From the NCBI GenBank assembly GCA_963842525.1, contig CAWJGT010000003.1:1934552-1998551 (forward strand): a DNA stretch of 64,000 nucleotides. The letters are read 5' to 3'. A program made the position numbers and the translations under genes. The notes beneath the pieces are model-generated. The model was not told the DNA's origin and made no database searches. It saw only the letters and a list, made by a program, of their open reading frames with translations. Below, in pieces: positions 47,469 to 56,426 of the stretch (the first letter of the stretch is position 1; every line of letters starts with the position of its first letter). Source of the stretch: an uncultured Holophagales bacterium (GTDB lineage Bacteria; Acidobacteriota; Thermoanaerobaculia; Multivoradales; UBA5704).

Positions 47469-48106
47469 CGCCTGGCGAGGCCGCGCTGTCGTGGACCGCG
47501 GCCGGGCTCATCCGGGCCCTGCGCGCGGCCGTCCGGCTGCGGCACCATGGCGATGATCATCTGCGCGGCTGGGAGGCCCGCGGCGAGCGCTTCCTGCTCG
47601 CCTTCTGGCACCGGCACCTGCTGCTCATGCCCTATTCCTACCGGGGACGGCGCATCTCGGTGCTGGTCAGCCGCAGCCGGGACGGCGAGATGATCGCGCG
47701 CACGGTCGCCCGGTTCGGCATCGACGCGAGCCGCGGCTCGAGCAGCCGGGGGGGCGTGGCCGGCATGCGCGAGCTGCTGCGCAAGGCCCGCGATGGATAC
47801 GACCTGGCCTTCACCCCGGACGGGCCGCGCGGTCCGGCCGGGGTGGTCCAGCCGGGCGTGATCCTGGCCGCGGCGGCAACCGGGTTCCCCATCCAGCCCG
47901 TCGCCCTCGCCGCCACCCGCTGCCACCGCCTCCGCTCCTGGGACCGCTTCGTCGTCCCTCTCCCGCTGTCGACGGTGCACTTCGTCTATGGAGAGCCGCT
48001 CATCGTCGAAAGGAAAGCCGACACCGCGGAGGCGGCGGCGGAGCTGAAGCGCCGGCTGGATGAGGCCGAGGCGGAGGCGGAGAGGTGGGCGGAGCGAGGG
48101 GCCTGA
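47465..48106 (+). CDS. DUF374 / lysophospholipid acyltransferase family
   Basis: AFWH, LVSRSRDGE, RGSSSRGG, FTPDGPRGP, SWDRF..P.P. Confidence 0.88.
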   Translation: MTPGEAALSWTAAGLIRALRAAVRLRHHGDDHLRGWEARGERFLLAFWHRHLLLMPYSYRGRRISVLVSRSRDGEMIARTVARFGIDASRGSSSRGGVAGMRELLRKARDGYDLAFTPDGPRGPAGVVQPGVILAAAATGFPIQPVALAATRCHRLRSWDRFVVPLPLSTVHFVYGEPLIVERKADTAEAAAELKRRLDEAEAEAERWAERGA

Positions 48107-48141
48107 TACGATGAGCGAGAGAAACCCCGAAGGGAGGCTGT

Positions 48142-48407
48142 ATGGAAGTCATGCTCCAAGTTCCCGATGACATCGTCCAGAGGCTCCAGGCAGGCTGGAC
48201 GGATCTCCCGCGTCATGCCCTTGAAGCTCTGGCGGTGCAGGCATATCGGTCGGAGATTCTGACGTCCTCCGAGGTCCAGCGCATGCTCGGCCTCGGTTCG
48301 CGCTGGGAAGTGGATGAGTCTCACTGAAGGCTTCGGGCGCCTACCTGGACTACTCCGAAGAGGATCTGCGGCAGGATCTCGCGGCGGTCCGCAGACGGCA
48401 GTTTTGA
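48142..48407 (+). pseudogene. UPF0175 family protein (frameshift near 48320), putative orphan antitoxin
   Basis: LEALAVQAYR...LT..EV..MLGL.SRWEV, continuing out of frame as LKASGAYLDYSEEDLRQDLA. Confidence 0.75.
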
Positions 48408-48432
48408 CGCGGATTAGCGACCGTCGTATCAT
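48404..48432 (+). promoter_or_regulatory. Sigma70-like promoter upstream of the cassette-like ORF
   Basis: TTGACG-17 bp-TATCAT. Confidence 0.55.
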
Positions 48433-48569
48433 AAGATGAGAGGGTGCCCGTGGCGGAGTGGCCAGCAGATGCGAAGGGATAGGCACGCCGACGGGGGTAT
48501 TCGAATTCTGGGTTAGATTAGGCGTGCACGAAGCAGCACGAGACTTCGCTACGCCCAAGGAGAGTACAC

Positions 48570-49001
48570 ATGGTTGACTTCGCGCACACGTCCCCCGATA
48601 TCTACGACGACCGTGACAGGGGAGCCAGTGAACTTGCGGCGTACGATCTTGGGCTTGCTGGTGATTACGAACGCCACGGACTGCTCATAGTCGAGACAGG
48701 AGAGAGTTGCCGTCCCCAGGGAACGCTTGTCCTAAGCAGCGTGGCGAAATGCCATGGCTGCCAACAAGAAGTTCCATTCGATGTGGAGGTGTGGCTCACT
48801 GTTTCTGGGGGAGGTGGTGGCTCTGAGTGCCAATGTACCGGATGCGGATCGCGAATCTCGATCATGCAATCGTATGGGACTCCCCCGGATGAGAGCTGGC
48901 GCGGAATGCTGTTGATGGCATCGCCGATTACCGAACTAATGGGTCGGCCCCTATCACCACTTCGCCTTTTCTATCGGAGCCACACAATCATCAATGCGTG
49001 A
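48570..49001 (+). CDS. Hypothetical protein with two CxxC motifs, foreign codon usage
   Basis: RBS AAGGAG; CHGC and CTGC; lower GC than the host. Confidence 0.6.
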   Translation: MVDFAHTSPDIYDDRDRGASELAAYDLGLAGDYERHGLLIVETGESCRPQGTLVLSSVAKCHGCQQEVPFDVEVWLTVSGGGGGSECQCTGCGSRISIMQSYGTPPDESWRGMLLMASPITELMGRPLSPLRLFYRSHTIINA

Positions 49002-49004
49002 CCG

Positions 49005-49307
49005 TTAAGCGGCTCCCTGGCGGGCAGTGGAAAAGACAATGTCGATGTGGATTCCAGCGCGAGCAAGCATGTCGATCAGGGTATCGATACTAAAGAGATC
49101 TATCCTACCGCGAACAAGGTTGCTGATCCGCGGCTGCGTAACTCCAAACAGCTTAGCCGCCTCCGCCTGGGTGAGGCTACGATCCTCTATGAGCTTACGC
49201 ACTGCAATCATCAAACTCGAGCGGACTCGAAGGTGCTCAGCCTCATCCTCGCCGAAGCCAAGATCCCTGAATACATTCCCGCTCGAAGGCGTGATCTTCG
49301 TTCCCAT
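49005..49307 (-). CDS. XRE-HTH antitoxin (HigA-like, HTH_37)
   Basis: SSGNVFRDLGF...EA..L..RS.LM...LTQAEAAK.FGVTQPRISNL.RG.I..FSID.LI.ML. Confidence 0.9.
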   Translation of the reverse strand: MGTKITPSSGNVFRDLGFGEDEAEHLRVRSSLMIAVRKLIEDRSLTQAEAAKLFGVTQPRISNLVRGRIDLFSIDTLIDMLARAGIHIDIVFSTARQGAA

Positions 49308-49314
49308 GGTTTAT

Positions 49315-49662
49315 CTAACTCCGATGCGGCCGACTCGTGCTCTGGCGATCTCTCAAGACTTCCCGATACCGCTCCCGCGCGAGCTCGATGTCTCGATGGG
49401 CAGTCTGCCGCGTTCTCTTCTCAAAGGCGTGCAAAACGTATACTCCTTCTTCAAACTTCGCCACGTAGAAGACTCGATGCTCCAAGCTGCTGTGAATTCG
49501 CAACTCGTAAACACCTGCTCCTACGCTGGTCATGGGCTTCCAGTCATCCGGCTCAAGCCCTTCCTGAACTAGGTGAAGCTCATGACCGGCCATGCGTCTC
49601 GCAGCATCGGGGAAAGCTCTCAGGTCTTGCAGGGCGGAGCCTACCCAGAAGAGCTTTTTCAT
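49315..49662 (-). CDS. RelE/HigB-like toxin (Gp49-like)
   Basis: W.GSAL.DL.AFP..ARR.AG.EL..VQ.G.EP.DWKPM..VG.GV.ELRI....EHRV.YVAKFEE.VYVLHAF.K.T..T...DI.LA..RY. Confidence 0.9.
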   Translation of the reverse strand: MKKLFWVGSALQDLRAFPDAARRMAGHELHLVQEGLEPDDWKPMTSVGAGVYELRIHSSLEHRVFYVAKFEEGVYVLHAFEKRTRQTAHRDIELARERYREVLRDRQSTSRPHRS

Positions 49663-49673
49663 CGCCGGGTAAC

Positions 49674-49702
49674 ATTATACAACTTCTGGTATGCCAACGC
49701 AA
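49674..49702 (-). promoter_or_regulatory. Cassette-internal TA promoter
   Basis: TTGCGT-17 bp-TATAAT a few bases upstream of the toxin ATG. Confidence 0.65.
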
Positions 49703-49735
49703 GGACGGCAAGGGCAAGGGAAGGGACGAGCCGCC

Positions 49736-49803
49736 GCTTAACCCCCGCCTGCACCGGACGGCAGGCTGCGCCGTCCGCCGGGTGAGGCGAACAGACGTTA
49801 GAT
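49736..49803 (+). other. attC recombination site (68 bp)
   Basis: R'' GCTTAAC; L'' CGCCT(G)CACC pairs with L' GGTGAGGCG leaving an extrahelical G; inner stem GGACGGC/GCCGTCC; R' GTTAGAT. Confidence 0.88.
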
Positions 49804-49907
49804 GCGTAGGACAAACTTCACTCGGTTATTACAAAAGAGAGCCTCAGAGAGGCTCAGGCGTGTAGATGCTATGCAGGGCGGGTGAGAGGGGGGCTTGGCA
49901 AGGCGGG

Positions 49908-50170
49908 CCGTTGGAATTCTCCGACGCGCCGTCGGGAAACTCTGTGGGCCGCCGGAATTTCCGGCGAGCCGTCGGAAAACTCTGGAGGCCGTCGAAATTT
50001 CCTGGGGCCCGTTGGAAATCTCCGACGCGCCGTTGGAAAACTCTGGGAGCGGCCGGAATTTCCGGCGAGCCGTTGGAAATCTCCGGCGCGCCGCCGGAAA
50101 AATCTGGCGGCCGTTGAAATTTTCTGGGAGCCGTCGGAAAATTCCGGCGCGTCGTTGGAATTCCGTGGAA
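49908..50170. repeat. Tandem array of 13 imperfect palindromic 19-21-bp units
   Basis: Consensus CCGTYGGAAWWYTCYGGSG(C)G; units parsed by eye sum to 263 bp. Confidence 0.88.
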
Positions 50171-50287
50171 CCGCCACAAAGTTCTACACGCCGCGCCCAA
50201 AGAGGCGGACGCTGTCACGCTTTCGCGGAACGCTGCGCTCCGGCGCTAAACTGCCCGCGTCCAACACCATCTGAGAAAGGAAGACCC

Positions 50288-51166
50288 ATGCGCAGCATGA
50301 CCGGATACGGAGAGGCGGCGGGGGAGAAGCTCCGCTATGTGATGTCGGTGAGCCTGAAGGCTGTGAACCATCGGTTCCTGGACCTTCAGCTCCGGCTCGG
50401 CGACGAGCTGCGGGCGAGCGAGGCCGCGCTGCGCGAGCTGCTGGGCCGGGAGCTGGCGCGCGGCCGGGTAGAGGCGCGCTTCGACGTCCGGCCGCAGGCC
50501 GAGCGCCGGGCAGACCTGCAGGTGCACATGGGGATCGTGCGCGCGGCGCACGCGGCCGTCCACCGGCTCGCCGAAGAGGGGCTCGTCGAGGGCACGCTCG
50601 GTCCGGGCGACCTGCTGCGCATCCCTGAGGTCTTCCGCGTCGAGCTGGCCGCCGAGGAGTGGGATGCGGACGACGAAGAGCTCCTGCAGCGCATCACCCG
50701 CGAGGCCGTGCGGCAGCTCGTGGCCGGCCGCGAGGTCGAGGGGGCGAGCCTGGCCGCGGTGCTCGACGAGCGCATCCGCCACCTCGACGAGGTCGTGGCG
50801 CGGCTCGACGCCCTGCGCGACGGGGTGCGCGAGGAGATCGCCGTCTCCCTGCGGCGGCGCCTTTCCGAGCTCCTGGGCAACCAGGCGCTCGACGAGGCGC
50901 GCATCGCCCAGGAGGTGGCCCTGCTCGTCGACCGCAGCGACGTCAGTGAGGAGATCGACCGGCTGCGCGCCCATCTGGAGCACTTCCGCGCCGTCATGCG
51001 TGAGCCCGGGCCGGTCGGCAAGCGCCTTGATTTCCTCACCCAGGAGGTCTTCCGCGAGCTCAACACCCTCGGCGCCAAGTGCCGCAACGCCGAGATGACC
51101 CGCGCCGTCCTCGACGCCAAGGTTCTCTGCGAGCAGATCCGGGAGCAGATCCAGAACGTGGAATGA
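50288..51166 (+). CDS. yicC: YicC/YloC family endoribonuclease
   Basis: MRSMTGYG, KAVNHRFLD, RGRVE, DVSEEIDRL..H, GKRLDFL.QE..RELNTLGAK, EQIREQIQNVE. Confidence 0.95.
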   Translation: MRSMTGYGEAAGEKLRYVMSVSLKAVNHRFLDLQLRLGDELRASEAALRELLGRELARGRVEARFDVRPQAERRADLQVHMGIVRAAHAAVHRLAEEGLVEGTLGPGDLLRIPEVFRVELAAEEWDADDEELLQRITREAVRQLVAGREVEGASLAAVLDERIRHLDEVVARLDALRDGVREEIAVSLRRRLSELLGNQALDEARIAQEVALLVDRSDVSEEIDRLRAHLEHFRAVMREPGPVGKRLDFLTQEVFRELNTLGAKCRNAEMTRAVLDAKVLCEQIREQIQNVE

Positions 51167-51212
51167 CGTGATACCATTCCCCGGTTCTCGTCCCCTGGGC
51201 CCGACCAAACAC

Positions 51213-51863
51213 ATGCCACCTGGCGAGCTGTTCATCCTCTCCGCCCCCTCAGGAGCGGGAAAGACCACCCTCATCCAGAGCCTCCTGCAGGGAGGTCTCG
51301 CCGGATCGGGGGAGCTCGCCTTCTCGGTCAGCCACACCACCCGGGCGCCGCGGGCGGGCGAGGTGGACGGCCGGGACTACCACTTCGTCGATCCCGCCAC
51401 CTTCCAGGCAATGATCGCAGCCGACCGCTTCCTCGAATGGGCAAAGGTCCACGACAATCTCTACGGGACCTCTCTCCACGAGGTGTTCCCCCGCCTGAAA
51501 CAGGGGATCGACGTCCTCCTGGACATCGATGTCCAAGGGGCCGAGCGCGTCCTGGAGCGCTGCCCGGGAGCCCACTACATCTTCCTCCTGCCGCCCAGCT
51601 ACGAGGACCTGGTCGCGCGGCTGCGCCGGCGCGGCCTCGACGACGAGGCGGCGATCCAGCGGCGCCTGGACGAATCCCGGCGGGAGATCGAACGTTACGA
51701 TCGGTATCATTATGTTATCATTAACCAGGATGTCAGCCAGTCGAGCGATGCGCTGGCGGCCATCATTCTGGAGAAACGCCACCGGCGAGAGCGGATGCTG
51801 AGCCGGGTTCAAGAAGTCCTCAGGACATTCCAGGAGGGGGATCCGGTCCCCCGGCAGGTCTGA
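51213..51863 (+). CDS. gmk: Guanylate kinase
   Basis: LSAPSGAGKTTL, SVSHTTRAPRAGEVDGRDYHFV, FLEWA.VH.NLYGT, LDIDVQGA. Confidence 0.96.
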   Translation: MPPGELFILSAPSGAGKTTLIQSLLQGGLAGSGELAFSVSHTTRAPRAGEVDGRDYHFVDPATFQAMIAADRFLEWAKVHDNLYGTSLHEVFPRLKQGIDVLLDIDVQGAERVLERCPGAHYIFLLPPSYEDLVARLRRRGLDDEAAIQRRLDESRREIERYDRYHYVIINQDVSQSSDALAAIILEKRHRRERMLSRVQEVLRTFQEGDPVPRQV

Positions 51864-51918
51864 TCCGCGATTCCACGCGGCGGCGCAGGATGCGCGCCGC
51901 CCAGGAGACATTCCGAGC

Positions 51919-52164
51919 ATGGATGAAAAGCAGCCACCAGCCCAGGTCGACAGCAAGTTCCGCCTCGTCCTCCTTGCAGCCTCGCGCGCCGAGCAGTTGA
52001 TGCGCGGCGCGCGCCCCAAGATGGAGACGGTCAAGCGCAAGCCGACGCGCATGGCCATGGACGAGGTCCGGGGCGACCTCGTGGACTGGGGCTACGGCCC
52101 GGCGCCGCAGGAGGAGCCCGCCGAGGCGGCGGAGCCCGAAGCGGCCCCGGCCGAGGTGCATTAG
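51919..52164 (+). CDS. rpoZ: RNA polymerase omega subunit
   Basis: DSKFRLVLLAASRAEQL..GA.P...KPT..A..E; lies between gmk and coaBC. Confidence 0.93.
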   Translation: MDEKQPPAQVDSKFRLVLLAASRAEQLMRGARPKMETVKRKPTRMAMDEVRGDLVDWGYGPAPQEEPAEAAEPEAAPAEVH

Positions 52165-52177
52165 AGAGGGCTTCCAC

Positions 52178-53392
52178 TTGCGAGTCCTCCTGGGCGTGAC
52201 GGGCGGCATCGCCGCCTACAAAGCGGCCGAGCTGGTGCGCCGGCTGCGGTCGCGCGGCCATGAGGTGCGGTGTGCCCTCAGCCGCGGCGCCGCCGCCTTC
52301 GTGACCCCGTTGACTCTCGAGGTGCTCTCGGGCCGCGCGGTCGACCAGGAGGAGTACCTGACGGCCACCGGCACCGGCGAGGAGTCGCACATCGTCGCCG
52401 CTGCCTGGGCGGACGTCCTGTGCGTGGCGCCGGCCACCGCACACGTCCTCGCCCGTCTCTCCCTGGGACTCGCCGACGACTTCCTGACCACCACGGCCCT
52501 GGCCTTCACCGGACCGGTGGTGGCAGCCCCTGCGATGCACTCGGCCATGTGGGAGAAGCCCGCGGTGCAGGAGCATCTCGATGTCCTGCGCCGTCGCGGC
52601 GTGTGGATCGTCGGGCCGGTCGAGGGACCGCTCGCCTCCGGCGAGGTAGGCATGGGGAGGATGTCGGACCCCGAGGAGATCGTGACCGCGGTCGAGGCCG
52701 CGGCCGGCGCGGGGCCGCTCGCCGGCCGCACGGTTCTGGTCACCGCGGGCCCCACCTACGAGCCGCTCGATCCCGTCCGCTTCCTCGGTAATCGTTCGAG
52801 CGGCAAGATGGGCTTCGCCCTCGCGGCCGAGGCGGCCCGGCGCGGCGCTCGCGTCGTGCTCGTGGCCGGCCCGGTCGCCCTGCCGACCCCGCCGGGTGTG
52901 CGGCGGACTGACATCACCACGGCGCGCGAGTTGGAACGGGCGGTCCACGAAGAGGCCCCGGGCGCCGACCTGGTCATCATGACCGCGGCGGTCTCCGACT
53001 TCCGGCCGCGCCGGCCCGTTCCCGACAAGATCAAGAAGGAGGACGGTCTGCCGGTCGTCGACTTGGAGCTCAACCCGGACATCCTGGCGGGTCTGCGCAC
53101 CGTGGCGCCGCGGGCGGTCCTCGCAGGCTTCGCGGCCGAAACCGAGCGCCTGGAGGAGCACGCCCGCGCCAAGCTGGAGCGCAAGGGCGCCGACTTCCTG
53201 GTCGCCAACGACGTGTCGCGGGCCGACATCGCCTTCGACAGCAACGCCAACGAGGTGACCGTCTTCCGGCGCGCGGGCGATCCCGTGTTCCTCTCCCGCC
53301 GTCCCAAGGCGCAGCTTGCGGCGGCCCTTCTGGACCTGTTCACGGTGAAGCTCTCCGATCATGAGGCAGCCTCTACCACCCTCGCTCGGTGA
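52178..53392 (+). CDS. coaBC: Phosphopantothenoylcysteine decarboxylase/ligase
   Basis: LGVTGGIAAYKA, APATA..LA...G.ADD.L, APAM..AMW, VTAGPT.EP.DPVRF.GNRSSGKMG, AAVSDF, GFAAET, VANDV. Confidence 0.96.
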   Translation: MRVLLGVTGGIAAYKAAELVRRLRSRGHEVRCALSRGAAAFVTPLTLEVLSGRAVDQEEYLTATGTGEESHIVAAAWADVLCVAPATAHVLARLSLGLADDFLTTTALAFTGPVVAAPAMHSAMWEKPAVQEHLDVLRRRGVWIVGPVEGPLASGEVGMGRMSDPEEIVTAVEAAAGAGPLAGRTVLVTAGPTYEPLDPVRFLGNRSSGKMGFALAAEAARRGARVVLVAGPVALPTPPGVRRTDITTARELERAVHEEAPGADLVIMTAAVSDFRPRRPVPDKIKKEDGLPVVDLELNPDILAGLRTVAPRAVLAGFAAETERLEEHARAKLERKGADFLVANDVSRADIAFDSNANEVTVFRRAGDPVFLSRRPKAQLAAALLDLFTVKLSDHEAASTTLAR

Positions 53393-54119
53393 CCTCCTCG
53401 CCTACCTGGGCGAGATCGGCTACGGCGACCTCTACGTGCGGGCGCGGAAAGACGCTCGCCCCGCCGGCCCTCACCCCCCTGGCCCCCCTCTCCCGCCTCC
53501 CCACTCCCCCTCCCCGGGAGAGGGGGGAAGAGAACGGGCTGTGTCTCCGGATGCCGCTGCCAGGGCCGCCGAGCTCGCCGCCCTCGCCCAATCCGTGGCG
53601 GGCTGCACGCGCTGCCGGCTCTGCGAGGGACGCAAGACCGTGGTCTTCGGCTCCGGCAACCCCGACGCCGACCTTCTGCTCATCGGCGAGGGGCCGGGAG
53701 CCGAAGAGGACCGCCAGGGCCTCCCCTTCGTCGGCCCGGCCGGCGAGCTCCTCACCCGCATCCTCCAGGCCATCGAGCTGAAGCGGGACGAGGTCTACAT
53801 CGCCAACGTCGTCAAGTGCCGGCCGCCAGGCAACCGCGACCCGCAGCCGGACGAGGTGGCCGCCTGCCGCGCCTACCTGGAGCGGCAGATCGAGCTCATC
53901 CAACCCAGGATCATCGTCGCGCTCGGCAAGGTTGCCGCCCAGGCGCTCCTCGGCACCGAGAGCCCGATCGGACAGATGCGCGGCCGCTGGTACCAGGTCA
54001 GGGGTGTCCCGGCCATGGTCACCTACCACCCTGCGGCATTGCTGCGCAACCAGGCCCTCAAACGTCCCACCTGGGAAGACATGCAGCAAGTTCGTGATCG
54101 TTTGCGCTCTGGCCTTTGA
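53361..54119 (+). CDS. udg: Uracil-DNA glycosylase family 4
   Basis: CTRCRL, IGEGPG.EED.QG.PFVG.AG.LL, NVVKCRPP.NR.P, TYHPAALLR. Confidence 0.93.
   Translation: MRQPLPPSLGDLLAYLGEIGYGDLYVRARKDARPAGPHPPGPPLPPPHSPSPGEGGRERAVSPDAAARAAELAALAQSVAGCTRCRLCEGRKTVVFGSGNPDADLLLIGEGPGAEEDRQGLPFVGPAGELLTRILQAIELKRDEVYIANVVKCRPPGNRDPQPDEVAACRAYLERQIELIQPRIIVALGKVAAQALLGTESPIGQMRGRWYQVRGVPAMVTYHPAALLRNQALKRPTWEDMQQVRDRLRSGL
53469..53527. repeat. REP-like family A unit in frame in the udg linker
   Basis: Encodes PHPPGPPLPPPHSPSPGEGG. Confidence 0.82.
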
Positions 54120-54189
54120 GCCCCCGCTGGACAGCTTCCGCGAAAGGTGTTAGTTTTGGTAAAGAATCGGAACCTTTTTCGGTTGTTGA

Positions 54190-54722
54190 ATGTCTACCCT
54201 GGAACAGACTGAGTCCGAGGTTTCCTTCGACGACTTCCTGAAGAAGGTCGAGCCGAAGCTCAAGAAGGTCCTGGCGAGCTACCGGATCCCCCTGAAGATG
54301 CCGAGGACGTGCTGCAGCAGGCGATCCTGGCGCTGCTCTACCAGTGGGACCGGGTGCGCGATCTCGAGTGCTGGATGCTCGGCACCCTGAAGCGCCATTG
54401 CCTGATGTACTGGCGCAAGCACCGGCGCCGCATCTACTCGGCGGTGGATTCGGCGCTCCTGGAGTGGCTCTCCGAGCCCGTGGCTCCCTCGCAGGAGAAG
54501 AGCGACCTGCTGCGCGACCTGGAGAACCTGATCGGCCGGCTCCCCCCCCGGTGCCGCACGCTGCTCCTGCTCCGGTTCCGGATGGGGTACGAGCCCCCCG
54601 AGGTGGCGGAACGGCTCGGGTACCAGACCTCCAGCATCGGCAAGATCACGACGCGGTGCCTCGCCGCCCTGAGCCGGGAGCTGCTGGCCTCCGGGCTGAC
54701 CGAGGAGCCGGAAGAGCGCTAG
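54190..54722 (+). CDS. ECF sigma factor (frameshift in a C-run near 54290)
   Basis: YRIP/EDAEDVLQ (region 2); LPPRCR.LL.LRF..GY...EVAERLG (region 4). Confidence 0.85.
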
Positions 54723-54794
54723 CCGGCGGTGGCCGGCCGGGCGGCCAAGGCTCGCTGACCCCGCCGGCCGCGTGAGCGGCTCAGGAACGATGTT

Positions 54795-56414
54795 TTGATC
54801 GAGACAGATCACCTGCTGGTTCACCTGGAGCGCATCCTCGTCCGGATCGAGCGCCTGGAGACCCCGCTCATCCAGATCTGGGGCTGGCCGGGCAGCGGCA
54901 TGTCCGGCGTCCTCCCCGGCTTTCTGGGCAGGCAAGGACGAAGGGCGGCGGGCCTTGCGCTCGGCGAGCTTGCCGACTCCGACGATGCGGGCCACCTCCG
55001 CGAGGTCGTGCAGGCGGCCCACGAGGCCGGCGTCCGCTGGCTGGTGGCGAGCGGCGATCCGGGAGGCGACGCAGTCCGGGAAGCCGCCCGCTGGCTCCGG
55101 CCGGACCAGAGCCTGGTCTTTGCCGGCAGCCGGCGCACGGCGGTCGAGGGACTCGCGGTCGCGGTCCTGCCGCCGCGGGAGCTGCTGCTCCACGAGGCCG
55201 AGGTGTCCTGGCTCTGGGAGCTCCTGACCGGCACACCCCCCGATCCGGACTGGTCTCTGCGGCTCTGCCAGGCGGCTGACGGCTGGTACCGTCCCCTGTG
55301 CCTGGCCCTGGAGGCGACCGGCGGCGCCGGTCTCGAGTCCGCCACCCCCGAGAGGCTCCTGGAGGTGCCTGCCGTGCGCTTCTTCCTCCGTCACGAGGTC
55401 CTCGAGACCTTCGCGCCCGAGGAGCTGGTGCTGCTCCTCGCGGCGCCGGAGGAGCGTCCCGGGACGGGGGAGGACGATCGGGGTTGGCGTCTGCTCGACG
55501 AGCGCGGGTTGTGGGTCGAGGGCGCCGGCCGGGACCGGCTGCCGCGGCTGCTCGCGGCGTTTCTCGAGCGCGAGCGGCAGCGGCGGAGCCCGCGGTCCGT
55601 ACGCGTGGAGGTCTCGCTTCCCGTTCCCCTCCCTGCGGTCGAATCGGGACCGAAGCCGGTGTACTTCCTCGGCCTCCTGGGTCCGCCGCTCGCCCGCTAC
55701 CGCGGGCCCGAGGGCGAGCGCGACCTCGACTGCCGGCTCCGCCGCTCCTTCCAGGTCCTCGCCTACCTGGCCTCCTCGCCCGGCCTGGAGGCCGGCCGCG
55801 AGGAGCTGATCGAGGCGGTCTGGCCCACCGAGGGGGAGCGCACCATCGAGCGCAACTTCCACCCGACGCTCAGCCACCTGCGCCGCGCCCTGGAAGGGGG
55901 CCGCAAGGGAGAGCGCCCCGGCCTGCTGTTCCGCAGCGGTGTCTACCGGCTCAACCCGGAGATCGCCTGGGAGGTCGACGTCATCGAGCTCATCCAGCTC
56001 GTCGAAGAGGGGAAGGACCTCCTCGCCCGCAGCCACCTCGCCGAGGCCGCCGAGGTCTGGCGGCGCGCGTGGGGCCTCTACCGCGGCCCGTTCCTCCAGG
56101 GGCACTACGAGGCCTGGGTGACCGAGCGCCGTGAGACCTGCCAGCGGGTCTACCTCGAGCTGCTGCGCGAGCTTGGCGACCTCTACCTCCGGCTGGACCG
56201 CCGCGAGGAGGCCGTCGACGCCTACCGTTCAGTGCTCCTCGAGGACCCTCTTCAGGAGCGGGTGCACCTCGCCCTCATGCATGTTTACGCCGGCCAGGGC
56301 CGGCGCGACATGGTCCGCCGCCAGTACGACCGCCTCTGTACCCTGCTCCATGACGAGCTGGGCGTCGAGCCGAACCTCGAGACCACCCGCGAGTACCACC
56401 GGCTGATGGCATAG
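54795..56414 (+). CDS. BTAD/SARP-domain transcriptional regulator with a degenerate MalT-like N-terminus
   Basis: REELIEAVWP...FH.TLSHLRRAL, YRGPFL, DPLQE..H..LM..YA..GRR....RQY......L..ELGVEP..ET. Confidence 0.82.
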   Translation: MIETDHLLVHLERILVRIERLETPLIQIWGWPGSGMSGVLPGFLGRQGRRAAGLALGELADSDDAGHLREVVQAAHEAGVRWLVASGDPGGDAVREAARWLRPDQSLVFAGSRRTAVEGLAVAVLPPRELLLHEAEVSWLWELLTGTPPDPDWSLRLCQAADGWYRPLCLALEATGGAGLESATPERLLEVPAVRFFLRHEVLETFAPEELVLLLAAPEERPGTGEDDRGWRLLDERGLWVEGAGRDRLPRLLAAFLERERQRRSPRSVRVEVSLPVPLPAVESGPKPVYFLGLLGPPLARYRGPEGERDLDCRLRRSFQVLAYLASSPGLEAGREELIEAVWPTEGERTIERNFHPTLSHLRRALEGGRKGERPGLLFRSGVYRLNPEIAWEVDVIELIQLVEEGKDLLARSHLAEAAEVWRRAWGLYRGPFLQGHYEAWVTERRETCQRVYLELLRELGDLYLRLDRREEAVDAYRSVLLEDPLQERVHLALMHVYAGQGRRDMVRRQYDRLCTLLHDELGVEPNLETTREYHRLMA

Positions 56415-56426
56415 AATGGCGCGCTC

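Larger units (their letters stand above)
49005..49797 (+). mobile_element. Integron gene cassette carrying an antisense-oriented TA pair
   Basis: Starts G/TTAAGC at 49004-49010, the exact reverse complement of the R'' site GCTTAAC of the attC at its end. Confidence 0.85.

Noticed and set aside
49314-49320. ATCTAAC as an R'' site of another attC
   Set aside because: No palindromic L boxes follow; it is the toxin stop-codon region.
49908-50170. Possible CRISPR array
   Set aside because: Units abut without unique spacers, are degenerate, and no cas genes are present; the same applies to 37096-37430.
49844-50287. ORFs across the second array, including the N-terminal extension of yicC
   Set aside because: YicC has its conserved MRSMTGYG start with an RBS at 50288; the upstream frames are repeat-derived.
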